From assembly GCA_002440975.1 (NCBI GenBank), contig DJWN01000126.1, positions 20,785 through 84,784 of the forward strand: a DNA stretch of 64,000 nt. Reading direction: 5' to 3'. Below, piece by piece: positions 48,063 to 58,676 of the stretch. The notes under the pieces were generated by a model that did no database searches, had not been told where the DNA came from, and saw nothing but the letters and a program-made list of their open reading frames with translations. Numbering within the stretch: the first letter of the stretch is position 1; the number at the start of each line of letters is the position of its first letter. Source of the stretch: Bacteroidales bacterium UBA6229 (lineage in GTDB: Bacteria > Bacteroidota > Bacteroidia > Bacteroidales > F082). The position numbers were made by a program, and so were the translations under genes.

Positions 48063-50507
48063 TCATTCATATTTGATCGCATCCACAGGGTTTTTGTTTA
48101 TCGCTTTGTTGGCCAATGAAAATACTGTAATCATTGCAATTATCACCGCCAGTAAAATGCCGGTTACAAACCAAACGGGATTTAGTCCTACGCGAACTGC
48201 AAACCCGTTCATCCATTCCGACATCAGATAATACGTTATTGGCAAAGCCATGAGGCCGGCCAACAACACCAGTTTCAGAAAATCAGCTATCAACAGGCGG
48301 ACAAGCCGGGAGGGTTTACTTCCCAGTATCTTCCTGATTCCTATTTCTTTGGTGCGCTGCTCGATGGTAAAAGCTGACAGACCATAGAGTCCCAAACCGG
48401 AGATTAAGATCACGATCAGTGAGAAATAGCTGAAAAGCGAGAGCATTTTTTCTTCACGATCATATTGCATTTGAAAATGCTGATCAAGGAAATTGTAGTT
48501 GAAAAAATGTTTCTGATCAAATTGTAACCATTGACTTTCGATCTTCTGAATAGCAGAACCAAGCTCATTCCCCGAAAGTTTAACGGCCACATAATCAGGT
48601 CTTCCTCTGCTAAGGATAAAAACCAAAGGTTCGATAGGGCTGTGCAGACTGGTGTAGTAAAAATCGTTTACCATCCCAATAATTTTGCCCTGCACATCCA
48701 AGCCACAGTTCATCTCAACTCCCACAGGATTGTCGTATCCTAAAAACTTAGCGGCAGCCTGATTCACAACGAATGCCGTGTTTACATCGTTGGGGTATTC
48801 TTTAGAAAAAGTTCTTCCTTCGATTGTTTCAATCTCAAACAGGTCAAAAAACTCATGATCAACCACATACAAATTCATGGTTCTCACTTCAGGCTTGGCT
48901 GTATCGCCCAGAAAAAACATCAACCGGCCTGATTGGTAGCCGGGTAAGCTTTCGGAAAGCGACACTTCCTTCACCTCAGGAAGCTTTAATAAATCCTGCC
49001 GGAGCACTTCTTTGTTGTTGTACAAAACAGTATCTGAAGGAAAATGTAGCACCATCACCTGATCAAGCGCAATTCCATTATCATGTTTTCGCATAAAGCG
49101 CAGTTGATCCGAAACTATCAGGGTGCTGATAATCATGCCAATGGCGATCAAAAACTGAAACACAACCAGAATCTTACGCATATTGGCAGCACTGAAAAGC
49201 CTTTTTTTATCAACAGCTAACCCGCCCGACCTTAACACATCCATCGGGGTGAAGGAGGATAGCACAAAAGCCGGAAAACTGCCACTCAACAAACCCAGCA
49301 ACAGCACGATCAGCATGAGCCCAATTCCATAAATTAGCTGTCCTGCCCGAAAAATGCTATACAGCTGTAAATCAATTCCTATCAGGGTATTGAACCAGGG
49401 CAGTATTAATTCAGTGAGAAAGAGAGCCACAAAAAAGGCAAACAAACTTGTGAAAATACTTTCGCCCAAAAACTGCATCACCAATTGTTCTTTGCGTGCA
49501 CCTGCAACTTTTCTTATCCCGATTTCGCGGGCTCTTTTGAGAGATCGTGCTGTGGCCAGATTCATATAGTTGATGGATGCGATCAACAGTAAAAACACAG
49601 CGATGTAGGCAAACATATTAACAAAGCTGCGGTTGGTATTGGTGGGGCTGTCGTATTGCAGCCGGTTGTTGAAATGAACGTCTGTAACCGCCTCGATAGC
49701 TAGTTTAATGTCGCCATCAACATTTACTTCCCTTATCCAGGGTTTGATGGTATTTTCGCGGAGCAAAGTAAGTTTTTGATCAAAAGCTGATGCAAATTCC
49801 GGTGTTTTAAACCGAATGTAAGTGTAGCCCACCATCCAAAACCAGTCAGTTTTCATCTGTACGATTTGTGCTTGTGGGAGTGTACTCATCGAAATAAGCG
49901 CATCAAAGACCAAATGCGATGAGCAGTTTTGCTTGTCAATCACACCCGTTATTTTGTAGGTGGTGGTGTTGATCTGAATGAGCTGATCGAGTGCTTTTTG
50001 GTCACCAAATATTTGATTTGCAATACTTTTAGTTATAACCAAACTTTTAGGTTCGGTGAGTGCTGTAAGCGGATTGCCTTCCAGAAACGGATAATCAAAC
50101 ACTTCGAAGAAGTCAGCATCGGCAACAGTATAAGAGGGAATTTGATACATGATATCCTTGTGCCATACCGTAACGCCGGTTTGATCGTTTGAGAAACTAT
50201 TGCGAAAAATGAGAGTAGCTGCTTCCACCTCCGGGAAGTCGTTTTTCATGGCCTGAGCCATATTGTACGACGACAAGGCAAAATGATCTTCACGACCATT
50301 AAATTCGAGAGAGCCATTCAGCCGATAAATGGATTGGTAGTTTTTCCAGCACCTGTCGTATTGGTATTCGTTAACCAGAAAAAGATAAATCAGCATAAAC
50401 ACGATCAATCCTGCCGAAAGTCCAATGATATTAATGGCGGCATGGCTGCGCTGGCGTTTCATATTGCGCAGGCCCATCAGGAAGTAATTGGCTAAAAGGC
50501 TAATCAC
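48063..50507 (-). CDS. ABC transporter permease, double MacB_PCD + FtsX architecture
   Basis: This 814-aa paralogue has the same layout (..LKRAREIGIRKVAGA.. and ..RTKEIGIRKILGS..). Confidence 0.88.
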   Translation of the reverse strand: MISLLANYFLMGLRNMKRQRSHAAINIIGLSAGLIVFMLIYLFLVNEYQYDRCWKNYQSIYRLNGSLEFNGREDHFALSSYNMAQAMKNDFPEVEAATLIFRNSFSNDQTGVTVWHKDIMYQIPSYTVADADFFEVFDYPFLEGNPLTALTEPKSLVITKSIANQIFGDQKALDQLIQINTTTYKITGVIDKQNCSSHLVFDALISMSTLPQAQIVQMKTDWFWMVGYTYIRFKTPEFASAFDQKLTLLRENTIKPWIREVNVDGDIKLAIEAVTDVHFNNRLQYDSPTNTNRSFVNMFAYIAVFLLLIASINYMNLATARSLKRAREIGIRKVAGARKEQLVMQFLGESIFTSLFAFFVALFLTELILPWFNTLIGIDLQLYSIFRAGQLIYGIGLMLIVLLLGLLSGSFPAFVLSSFTPMDVLRSGGLAVDKKRLFSAANMRKILVVFQFLIAIGMIISTLIVSDQLRFMRKHDNGIALDQVMVLHFPSDTVLYNNKEVLRQDLLKLPEVKEVSLSESLPGYQSGRLMFFLGDTAKPEVRTMNLYVVDHEFFDLFEIETIEGRTFSKEYPNDVNTAFVVNQAAAKFLGYDNPVGVEMNCGLDVQGKIIGMVNDFYYTSLHSPIEPLVFILSRGRPDYVAVKLSGNELGSAIQKIESQWLQFDQKHFFNYNFLDQHFQMQYDREEKMLSLFSYFSLIVILISGLGLYGLSAFTIEQRTKEIGIRKILGSKPSRLVRLLIADFLKLVLLAGLMALPITYYLMSEWMNGFAVRVGLNPVWFVTGILLAVIIAMITVFSLANKAINKNPVDAIKYE

Positions 50508-50519
50508 GCTAACTGGCTT

Positions 50520-50975
50520 TTAAGATGATTGATATTCAGGAATGCGATAAAAAGTTTTGCTAACAATTTTCCATTCATTGTCGAATTTGTACAACAACAA
50601 ATAGTCAGTAAACAGATGTTTTTCTTTATGATAAATATCGACTTTTGCAAAAGCAGCATCCCCTGTGATGTCGATGATTGGATATTCTGCAGTGATCTTT
50701 TCATCATCAGGCTGTTTCTGCTGATTTTCCATAGATGCTTTCACAGTTTGGATCCAGCTATAAATGGGAAATTTTGACAGCAATTCGTTGTGTTTCCCAA
50801 TCATTTCGAAGCCGGGATGAAAGCCCTGTTTGATTTTGTCGATTCCGGCTTTGTTATGGATACCTTCCACATAGGCTGACTGGATAAGCTCCCGAACAGC
50901 ATCCTCTTCGGTGTTTTGCGCGTAATTTATGCCGAACAGGCAGAATAATAAAAGAGCGATAAAAATTTTTTTCAT
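50520..50975 (-). CDS. Secreted NTF2-like (SnoaL/lumazine-binding-like) small protein
   Basis: This 151-aa protein has a signal peptide. Its pattern ..AVRELIQSAYVEGIHNK.. ..ITGDAAFAKVDIY.. ..DYLLLYKFDNEWKIVSK is typical of NTF2-fold proteins. Confidence 0.55.
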   Translation of the reverse strand: MKKIFIALLLFCLFGINYAQNTEEDAVRELIQSAYVEGIHNKAGIDKIKQGFHPGFEMIGKHNELLSKFPIYSWIQTVKASMENQQKQPDDEKITAEYPIIDITGDAAFAKVDIYHKEKHLFTDYLLLYKFDNEWKIVSKTFYRIPEYQSS

Positions 50976-50999
50976 GACAAAAATGATTATTTTGATGAC

Positions 51000-51263
51000 T
51001 TAATTGCTGCGTTTTTTTCTGAACATCAGCGAAATATTTTTATTGGTTGGCGGTCCAATTTCTACCAGTTCCCAATCTTTGTCGTATTCAGATATCTTGT
51101 GTCGCAGCACCTGAACTTTCTCTTTTGGCGGCACTTCATTGCCTTCCCAGTCGAGCAGTTCCACTCTGTATTTCAATGTTTGCTTTCTTCCGTTGATACG
51201 CACATCAATTTCAACATTTTGCTCCTTTTCAATATCAGGAATCAGGATAAGAACTTCTTTCAT
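51000..51263 (-). CDS. Hypothetical 87-aa protein
   Basis: This ORF is tightly packed inside the permease array, 12 bp downstream of the 51276 permease gene. I recognise no family. Confidence 0.4.
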   Translation of the reverse strand: MKEVLILIPDIEKEQNVEIDVRINGRKQTLKYRVELLDWEGNEVPPKEKVQVLRHKISEYDKDWELVEIGPPTNKNISLMFRKKRSN

Positions 51264-51275
51264 GACGTTGAAAAT

Positions 51276-53672
51276 TTAATCAGTTTTTAAAGCATTGACC
51301 GGATTGTTGGTGACAATTCGTCCTGAGTGAAATATAATGGTAATCAAAGCGATGAGAAAGGCAATACCAATTGCTAAAATCACTTCGAGAAGAGAGATGG
51401 TAATGGTATAAGCAAAACGATCGAGCAATTGCAGGGAGAAGAGCCAGGCAACAGGCAGGGCTGTCGCAATGGCGATGCCTACCAAAACCAGAAACTCTTT
51501 GGCCACCAGCAAGATCATCTGAACCATATTGCCGCCAAGCACTTTTCTTATGGCTATTTCGCGGCTTCTTTGTTCGATCCTGAGTGCTGTGAGGCCGTAT
51601 AATCCCAATGCAGAAATCAGTAGTGTCAAAACCGTAAACAGGGTGAAAAGTTTAAGGCTGTTGCGGTCGCTACGATATTCGCGTTCAAGCCGTTCTTCGG
51701 CTGTGATCAGTTGAAAAGGATTGCCCGGAAAAAGTTCCTGCCATTTAGTTTCTATTTCTTGTTTTAGTTGAGCAATATCATTGCGGTTATGTCTGATGCA
51801 TACCATATTATAACCATCACGTCGCAAGTAGAAAGCAGCAGGTTCAATGCGGCTGTGAATGGAATAATAATGATAATCACTGATCACACCTATAACAGTA
51901 CGCTTGGGAAGGGTGTCGGCTCCAAATGGCTTGAATCGTTTCCCAATAGGATCCTCCCATTCAAGGGCTTCAACTGCGGCCTGATTCAGGATTACAGCTT
52001 CCAGCTCGTCTGTTTTGAAGGTCTTATCAAAATTACGGCCCAACACAACCGGAATTTCCATTAAATCAAAGAAATCTTCATCCACATAGCCCATGCGGGT
52101 CATCATTTTAATGCCGGTGGTATCATCCACCCATATGGTCGTTTGGCTGCCAGCCACCCCATTGATGTCCGATACAGCAGCAGTGGCCATTACCCCATTG
52201 ATCTGTGTAAGTTCCTGCTTGAGAAGCTGGCTGTTTTTTAGATTGTCAGGACCCGGAATCCTAAGAGCGATCACGTTTTTGTAATTGTAACCCAAATCTT
52301 TGTTGGCGATGTACATTATTTGTCGGTTGGTTACCAGCACTATAAAAGTTAGTCCGATAGCCACAGCAAACTGAAAAACAACCAAGGCTTTACTAAGCCA
52401 GCCGCCAAAGTGTGAACCTGAATCGCGAATGCCTTTAAGCACTTCAACAGCTTGATAACGACTCATATAGAAAGCGGGATAAAATCCTGATAAAAGACTG
52501 ATGCCAATCCAAATTCCAACTAAGCCAACATTGAGAAGGGGATTGGTAAAAAATGACAGCCGAAGTTCTGATTGCAAAATCTGGTTGAATTCGGGCAGGC
52601 TGATTTCAACATAGATCAGTGCCAGAACCACTGAGACAAAAGTAATTATCAATGATTCGCCAATGAAATGATAAACCAGATTAAGCCGTGATGCTCCCAG
52701 CGTTTTGCGTACCCCAACTTCTTTGGCTCGTTTCACGGAGCGGGCTATGGCCAGGTTGATAAAATTGATACACGCAATGGCAATGATGATGATGGCTGTA
52801 ATGAGTATGGCAATCAGCAGGCTGAAGTCAACGGGGGCATGATTAAGCTGAAATTTTACGATATGTGATTTGCTGTGAATTTGATTTAAAGGCTGTAAAT
52901 AAATCTTCGGACTTTGCGTAAAAAAATCATATTCTTTGTGATCTTCCAGCAGTTGTGTGATTTTTTCACCAACAACAGTTGCATCAGCATGTGGCCTAAG
53001 CCTTACATAAACGGGCATTGAGTTTGAGTTCCAGCTTCGCAGAAAAGCATTTTTCCTTTCCATGGATTGGTAGGCAACCAGCATTTCAATCTGAAGATGT
53101 GCATTCAAAGGTTGATCTTCCATAATGCCACTGATCAGAAAATCTTTTTCGTGGTTGAGTTCGATGGTTTGTCCGTAGGCCGCATCAACAGAGCCAAAAG
53201 TCTTTTCTGCGGCCGATTTGGATAACACCACGGAGTTCATGGTTTTGAATACATCGCCGGGATTGCCTTTTAGCAGTTTGATCCCAAATGTTTCAAACAC
53301 AACACTATCGGTAAAGTAAACATTTCGTTGATCAAAAATAACATCACCAACTCTTAGCAAAACAGTGCCCCAGTTTAACATCCTCACGGCATATTCTACT
53401 TCCGGAATGGCAAGTGGCAGTTCGGGAGCCATTGGTCCGGGATTAAAGGCAACATGCTGTTCGCCAACACCTTGACCATGTTGTATTTGAATTAAACGAT
53501 AAAAACGATCCTGTTCCGGAATATGTTTGTCAAAACTAAAATGATATTGTACAAACATCATAATGATGATAAAAGCAGCAATTCCGGTACTCAAACCAAC
53601 CACATTGATCAGGGTATAAGCATGTTGTTTGTAGAGATTGCGAAAGGCTATTTTTAAATAATTCCAGAACAT
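51276..53672 (-). CDS. ABC transporter permease, double MacB_PCD + FtsX architecture
   Basis: This 798-aa protein starts MFWNYLKIAFRNLYKQ. It contains ..VKRAKEVGVRKTLGA.. and ..RSREIAIRKVLGG... Confidence 0.88.
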   Translation of the reverse strand: MFWNYLKIAFRNLYKQHAYTLINVVGLSTGIAAFIIIMMFVQYHFSFDKHIPEQDRFYRLIQIQHGQGVGEQHVAFNPGPMAPELPLAIPEVEYAVRMLNWGTVLLRVGDVIFDQRNVYFTDSVVFETFGIKLLKGNPGDVFKTMNSVVLSKSAAEKTFGSVDAAYGQTIELNHEKDFLISGIMEDQPLNAHLQIEMLVAYQSMERKNAFLRSWNSNSMPVYVRLRPHADATVVGEKITQLLEDHKEYDFFTQSPKIYLQPLNQIHSKSHIVKFQLNHAPVDFSLLIAILITAIIIIAIACINFINLAIARSVKRAKEVGVRKTLGASRLNLVYHFIGESLIITFVSVVLALIYVEISLPEFNQILQSELRLSFFTNPLLNVGLVGIWIGISLLSGFYPAFYMSRYQAVEVLKGIRDSGSHFGGWLSKALVVFQFAVAIGLTFIVLVTNRQIMYIANKDLGYNYKNVIALRIPGPDNLKNSQLLKQELTQINGVMATAAVSDINGVAGSQTTIWVDDTTGIKMMTRMGYVDEDFFDLMEIPVVLGRNFDKTFKTDELEAVILNQAAVEALEWEDPIGKRFKPFGADTLPKRTVIGVISDYHYYSIHSRIEPAAFYLRRDGYNMVCIRHNRNDIAQLKQEIETKWQELFPGNPFQLITAEERLEREYRSDRNSLKLFTLFTVLTLLISALGLYGLTALRIEQRSREIAIRKVLGGNMVQMILLVAKEFLVLVGIAIATALPVAWLFSLQLLDRFAYTITISLLEVILAIGIAFLIALITIIFHSGRIVTNNPVNALKTD

Positions 53673-53702
53673 AGGTTTTTAGGTAGGATGAGGGAAAAAT
53701 AT

Positions 53703-54389
53703 CTAGAGCAGGTTTTTCTTGATGTTTTCGTTGATTATCTGGCCATCGAACAGGCGTATCAGGCGTTGAGCATATTCCGCATCGCGTTGGGAGTGTGTAA
53801 CCATAATGATAGTTGTGCCATTGGCATTAAGATCATTTAAGAGGTTCATAACTTCTTCGCCGTGAGCAGAGTCGAGGTTTCCGGTAGGCTCATCGGCAAG
53901 TATCAGCGAGGGTTTGGCAACCACAGCCCTGGCTACAGCAACACGCTGTTGTTGTCCACCGGATAACTGCAGCGGGAAATGTTTTCGCCTGTGTGCGATC
54001 TGCATTTGTTCGAGAACTTCATCCACACGTTTGCGGCGATCTCTGGCAGGCATACCCAGGTAAATCAGCGGTAGTTCAACATTTTCAAAAACTGTTAACT
54101 CATCAATCAGGTTGAAGTTTTGAAAGACAAAACCAATGTTTTCTTTTCTGAGATTTGCCCTTTGCCGTTCGGTGCTTTTTGACACCTCTTTCTCGAGGAA
54201 ATAATATTTTCCTTTGCTGGGGTTATCAAGCAATCCCAAAATATTCAACAGGGTTGATTTGCCACATCCCGAAGGCCCCATGATGGCAACAAACTCACCT
54301 TTGTTGATCTCAAACGAAACCTCATTTAATGCTGTGGTTTCCACTTCGTCTGTGCGAAACACTTTTGTTAATTTTTCTGCTTTGATCAT
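53703..54389 (-). CDS. ABC transporter ATP-binding protein (MacB/LolD-type)
   Basis: Walker A is GPSGCGKST, the signature motif is LSGGQQQRV, Walker B is ILADEPT and the H-loop is VTHS. Confidence 0.93.
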   Translation of the reverse strand: MIKAEKLTKVFRTDEVETTALNEVSFEINKGEFVAIMGPSGCGKSTLLNILGLLDNPSKGKYYFLEKEVSKSTERQRANLRKENIGFVFQNFNLIDELTVFENVELPLIYLGMPARDRRKRVDEVLEQMQIAHRRKHFPLQLSGGQQQRVAVARAVVAKPSLILADEPTGNLDSAHGEEVMNLLNDLNANGTTIIMVTHSQRDAEYAQRLIRLFDGQIINENIKKNLL

Positions 54390-54449
54390 TTTGTTAATAT
54401 TGAAGTTTATATTTTATTAGTTTTCTCTTTTTTGGTCGTAATCAAGTGC

Positions 54450-55700
54450 TTATTTAAATACCACTCTGTCTTTATCACCGAAGTTATCATAAGACGAAAC
54501 AATCACTTTTTCGCCGGCTTTCAGCCCTTCCAACACTTCATAATAGAGGATGTTCTGGCGGTTGATCCGGATTGGACGTTTCACGGCAAACTCTTCTGAG
54601 GCATCGAGCACATAAATCCAGTTGCCTCCTGTTTTCTGGAAGAAACCACCTCTCCTGACGATGAGAGCATCTGTCTGGCTGCTGAATTTCAGGCGAAGCT
54701 GAAGGGTTTGGCCCCGTTTGATATGGTCGGGGTAGCCGTTTTCGAAGAACAAATCAACCTGAAAAGAACCTGCCGTTACATCGGTATAAATCTTCTGGAT
54801 GGTAAGCAAATAGGTCTTTCCGCCAAAATCAAACTCAGCCTCCTGACCAATGCTCACACGCGAAATATAACGTTCGTCGATATTGGCTCGCAACTTGTAT
54901 TCATCCGGATTGTCAATCTGACCCAAATGCTCGCCACTATTGGCTGTTTGTCCCACCTCGATGCTAAAAGAAGACAGTTGGCCATCAGCAGGTGCTTTTA
55001 CAGTCAGATTGTCGAGGCTTGCCTTCAGCAGTTCCAGGTTGTTGTAGAGCCTGTCCATCGATTGATCAATTTGTTTGTAGCGTCTTTCGGTGGAGATGGA
55101 ATCCAACTTTTGTAGTTCGAGTGAGATATGCAATTGTTTTTTGCCATATCGGTAAGCTCTTTCAGCATCTTCGAAGTCCTGATTTGAGATCAGACTATCC
55201 AGAAACAGTGCCTTTTGTCGGATAAAACTCACTTCAACGGCTTCCAGCTGTTCATTGAGGCTTGCAATTTCTTTTTGACGTACAAACTTGGTTTGTTCAA
55301 GACCTATTTTGGTGTTTTGAAGGTTGTTGATGGCTTCATAAATGCGGGTTTCCTGTTCCATATAGCTCAGTTCCAGGTTGGTATTTACAAGTCGGAGAAT
55401 GGGATCGCCTTTCCGAAGCAGGGCACCATCTTCCACATAAATTTCATTTACATTGCCACCCATGATGGCGTCAATATAAATAGTTGTTTTGGGCAGAACG
55501 ATTCCATCAACTGGAATAAATTCCTGAAAATTATCGGCTTTCACTTCAGCGATGGTAAGCTGGTTGCGGTCAACATAAATTTTGCTGCTTTTGTCGCGCA
55601 GGAATAACAAATACAATACAAAGCCAACAAAAATTATTGCTCCGGCAAGTAATGCGATTCGCGAAATGGTCCATTTTTTCTTTTGTATCTTTCTGTCCAT
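54450..55700 (-). CDS. HlyD-family periplasmic adaptor (membrane fusion protein)
   Basis: The protein has an N-terminal TM anchor, lipoyl-like segments (..VEDGALLRKGDPILRL..), a long coiled-coil middle region and a beta-barrel C-terminus. Confidence 0.85.
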   Translation of the reverse strand: MDRKIQKKKWTISRIALLAGAIIFVGFVLYLLFLRDKSSKIYVDRNQLTIAEVKADNFQEFIPVDGIVLPKTTIYIDAIMGGNVNEIYVEDGALLRKGDPILRLVNTNLELSYMEQETRIYEAINNLQNTKIGLEQTKFVRQKEIASLNEQLEAVEVSFIRQKALFLDSLISNQDFEDAERAYRYGKKQLHISLELQKLDSISTERRYKQIDQSMDRLYNNLELLKASLDNLTVKAPADGQLSSFSIEVGQTANSGEHLGQIDNPDEYKLRANIDERYISRVSIGQEAEFDFGGKTYLLTIQKIYTDVTAGSFQVDLFFENGYPDHIKRGQTLQLRLKFSSQTDALIVRRGGFFQKTGGNWIYVLDASEEFAVKRPIRINRQNILYYEVLEGLKAGEKVIVSSYDNFGDKDRVVFK

Positions 55701-55900
55701 GCCATTCGATTTTTTGTTAAGAATTTTTAACCAAGACTATGCCATTAATGTTAACGATCACATATACAGCTTAATAGACAGAAGTTAAAATGTAAGCGTA
55801 ACATTCACTGTTCATTTTCGTCCATCACTTTGTACAAATGCGAACAATATGATTATTTTTACCCTTTCAAAAATATGTCCTGTAACCAATCTGAAGTCTT

Positions 55901-57280
55901 ATGGAGAAAATCAATGCCCGTATTCTTATCGTAGATGACGATGCTGATGTGTTGATGGCGGCACGTTTGTTTTTGCGACAACACATTGAATTCGTGCATA
56001 CTGAACGAAATCCCGAAAACCTGTCCGATTTGCTTAGAACCGAGTCGTATGATCTGATTTTGCTGGATATGAACTTTTCGCGGGATGCAACTTCTGGCAA
56101 GGAAGGCTTTCACTGGATGAATAAAATACTGGAAATTGATCCGGCTGCTGCCATTATTCTCATTACAGGCTATGGCGATATAGAGCTTGCCGTTCAGGGA
56201 ATTAAAGAAGGCGCAACTAACTTTTTGCTCAAACCCTGGGAAAACAAGAAGCTGTTGGCAACCATCAATGCAACACTCGAAGTGAGGCGGTCGAAGGTGG
56301 AGCTGCAGGATTTGAAGAGCAAACAAAAAGTGTTCATTGCCGATCAGGATCAGGCCTATAGCAATATCATCGGCAGCAGTCCGGCCATGATAAAAGTGTT
56401 GACTACCGTTAGTAAAGTTGCCAAAACAGATGCCAATGTTTTGATCCTGGGCGAAAATGGTACAGGCAAAGAGGTGATTGCCCGCGCCATTCATCGTGCC
56501 TCCATGCGGGCAGGTGAGGTGTTTGTAAGTGTTGATTTGGGTGCCATCACCGAAAGTCTTTTCGAGAGCGAGCTTTTTGGATATACTAAAGGTGCTTTTA
56601 CGGATGCCAAAGAAGATCGTGCCGGACGTTTTGAAGCGGCTCACAAAGGCACTATCTTTCTGGATGAAATAGGGAACCTTTCACAGGCCTTGCAATCGAA
56701 GCTATTAAGTGTGTTGCAGAATAGAAAGGTGGTTCGCCTGGGATCACACAAAGAGATTCCTATTGATGTGCGCCTGGTTTGTGCCACCAATATGCCGCTG
56801 TATCAGATGGTGAGCGAGAATAAGTTCAGGCAGGATTTGCTATACCGCATTAATACGGTCGAGATCAAGTTGCCGGCATTGCGCGAACGTCTCGAAGACA
56901 TCGAACCCTTGGTAGAACATTACCTGGAGGTGTATTGTAAGAAATACAAAATACAGAAAAAACGACTGAATGCCAGTACGCTCAAAAGGCTTCAAACCCA
57001 TCATTGGCCGGGCAATATTCGCGAATTGCAACATGCCGTTGAGCGGGCAGTGATTATGGGTGAAAACCAGGTGCTTGAGCCTCACGACTTTTTCCTTTCG
57101 GAAAATGAGGATAAACAGGAAAACAAGGTTATGCCTGTCAATATGAATTTGGAAGAAACTGAGAAAATGCTGATTCGCAAAGTGGTTGACAAACACGGCG
57201 GCAACATCAGCAGGGCAGCTAAAGAGCTTGGCCTGACGCGCGCTTCACTTTACCGTAGAATGGAAAAATATGATCTTTAA
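55901..57280 (+). CDS. Sigma-54-dependent response regulator (NtrC-like: REC + AAA+ + HTH)
   Basis: The receiver carries VDDD..LDMNF..KP. Walker A is GENGTGKE and the GAFTGA variant is TKGAFTDA. HWPGNIREL is present, as is the HTH AAKELGLTRASLYRRMEKY. Confidence 0.92.
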   Translation: MEKINARILIVDDDADVLMAARLFLRQHIEFVHTERNPENLSDLLRTESYDLILLDMNFSRDATSGKEGFHWMNKILEIDPAAAIILITGYGDIELAVQGIKEGATNFLLKPWENKKLLATINATLEVRRSKVELQDLKSKQKVFIADQDQAYSNIIGSSPAMIKVLTTVSKVAKTDANVLILGENGTGKEVIARAIHRASMRAGEVFVSVDLGAITESLFESELFGYTKGAFTDAKEDRAGRFEAAHKGTIFLDEIGNLSQALQSKLLSVLQNRKVVRLGSHKEIPIDVRLVCATNMPLYQMVSENKFRQDLLYRINTVEIKLPALRERLEDIEPLVEHYLEVYCKKYKIQKKRLNASTLKRLQTHHWPGNIRELQHAVERAVIMGENQVLEPHDFFLSENEDKQENKVMPVNMNLEETEKMLIRKVVDKHGGNISRAAKELGLTRASLYRRMEKYDL

Positions 57281-58625
57281 ACGTTTTAGGGTTCAAATGG
57301 CACTCAGGGTGTTGCTATTATTAGCATCAGCCTTGCTTTTTGCGTTTCTGTATAGTCACGAGCAGTTTCTTGTTAGTGCAATTATTTTATTGGTGCTGAT
57401 TGTGTTGCAAACCATATCCTTGATTTTGTTTGCCGAACACACCAATAAACGCCTGGCTAAGTTTTTGGAAGGCATCCGCCATGCTGATTTTTCGGCCTCC
57501 TTTTCTGACGAAGGTCTTGGTAAGAGCTTCACAGATCTGAGTCATCAGTTCAATCAGATCATCAACGAGTTTAAGAAGAACAGGGCTGAAAAAGAAGAGC
57601 ATTTCAATTATCTGCTCACAGTAATTCAGCATGTAAGCATTGGGATTATTGTTTTTAGACGAGACGGTAAGATTGATGTGTTCAACAATGCCATCAAAAA
57701 GATTTTGAGGGTAAGTCATTTGCGCAATATCAAAGAGCTGGAAGTGGTGAAGGAAGATTTGCCCGAGCTTCTTTTGAAAATGAAGGCCGGCGATAAAAAC
57801 CTGATCAAAATCTTTCTGGAAGATGAATTGATTCAGCTTTCGATAAATGCCACCGAATTCAGGATGCGGGGTGAGGAGTATGTGCTTGTTTCGCTGCAAA
57901 ATATTCATCCTGAGTTGGAAGAGAAAGAGATAGAAAGCTGGCAGCGACTTATTCGTGTGCTTACGCACGAAATCATGAATTCTATCACACCAATTTCGTC
58001 GCTGGCCTCAACGGTTCAGGAGATGATGGTGAATCCGGAAACCGACAAAATTGAGATGAGCCAGCTATCGGAGGAAGATTTGGAAAGCATACACAGTGCC
58101 ATGTCAACTATCGAAAGCAGGAGCAGGGGTTTGTTGAATTTTGTGGAGATATACCGTAATCTCACCCGTATTCCCAAACCAAACTTCAGGTATTTTGCCA
58201 TCAGGGAGTTGTGCGACAAAGCAAACGAATTACTCAAACCCAGGCTGGAGATGCACAACATCAAATGTGTATGCAAGGTGTTTCCGGATGAGTTGATGCT
58301 GCTTGCCGACCCTGATTTGGTTGATCAGGTGTTGATCAATCTGCTGCTGAATGCCATTGATGCTGTCAAGGAAAAGGAAGGCGCGATAATTTCCATCACT
58401 GCCTCAACAAACCTGAATAATCGCATCAGCATTGAAATTGCAGATAACGGTCATGGCATCAAACCCGATTTATTGGATAAGATTTTTATGCCTTTCTTTA
58501 CAAGCAAAAAAGAAGGGTCAGGCATTGGATTGAGCCTTTCGCGGCAGATCATGCAGATGCACAAAGGGGCGATTTCGGTGAAATCGAAACCTGAAGAAGG
58601 AACTGTTTTTACGTTGACTTTTTAA
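57270..58625 (+). CDS. Sensor histidine kinase (two TM, HAMP/PAS-like, HisKA + HATPase)
   Basis: The H-box is LTHEIMNSITPI, the N-box is LLLNAIDA, and the G-boxes are DNGHGI and GSGIGLSL. The gene overlaps the regulator gene by 11 nt. Confidence 0.9.
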   Translation: MIFKRFRVQMALRVLLLLASALLFAFLYSHEQFLVSAIILLVLIVLQTISLILFAEHTNKRLAKFLEGIRHADFSASFSDEGLGKSFTDLSHQFNQIINEFKKNRAEKEEHFNYLLTVIQHVSIGIIVFRRDGKIDVFNNAIKKILRVSHLRNIKELEVVKEDLPELLLKMKAGDKNLIKIFLEDELIQLSINATEFRMRGEEYVLVSLQNIHPELEEKEIESWQRLIRVLTHEIMNSITPISSLASTVQEMMVNPETDKIEMSQLSEEDLESIHSAMSTIESRSRGLLNFVEIYRNLTRIPKPNFRYFAIRELCDKANELLKPRLEMHNIKCVCKVFPDELMLLADPDLVDQVLINLLLNAIDAVKEKEGAIISITASTNLNNRISIEIADNGHGIKPDLLDKIFMPFFTSKKEGSGIGLSLSRQIMQMHKGAISVKSKPEEGTVFTLTF

Positions 58626-58676
58626 TTGCCTGACCACATGTTAATCGCACGAATCATACAGTTTAAATAGAATTCC

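Noticed and set aside
55730-55744. Sigma-54 promoter TGGCATAGTCTTGGT upstream of the adaptor/ABC operon (minus strand)
   Set aside because: The -24 GG is fine, but the -12 element is TTGG instead of TTGC. Its spacing is also one nucleotide short of TGGCAC-N5-TTGC, so both identity and spacing fail.
55859-56644. 261-aa minus-strand ORF overlapping the start of the sigma-54 response regulator
   Set aside because: It is antisense to a regulator with clear REC, Walker A and GAFTGA-like motifs. It has no signal sequence or motif content of its own.
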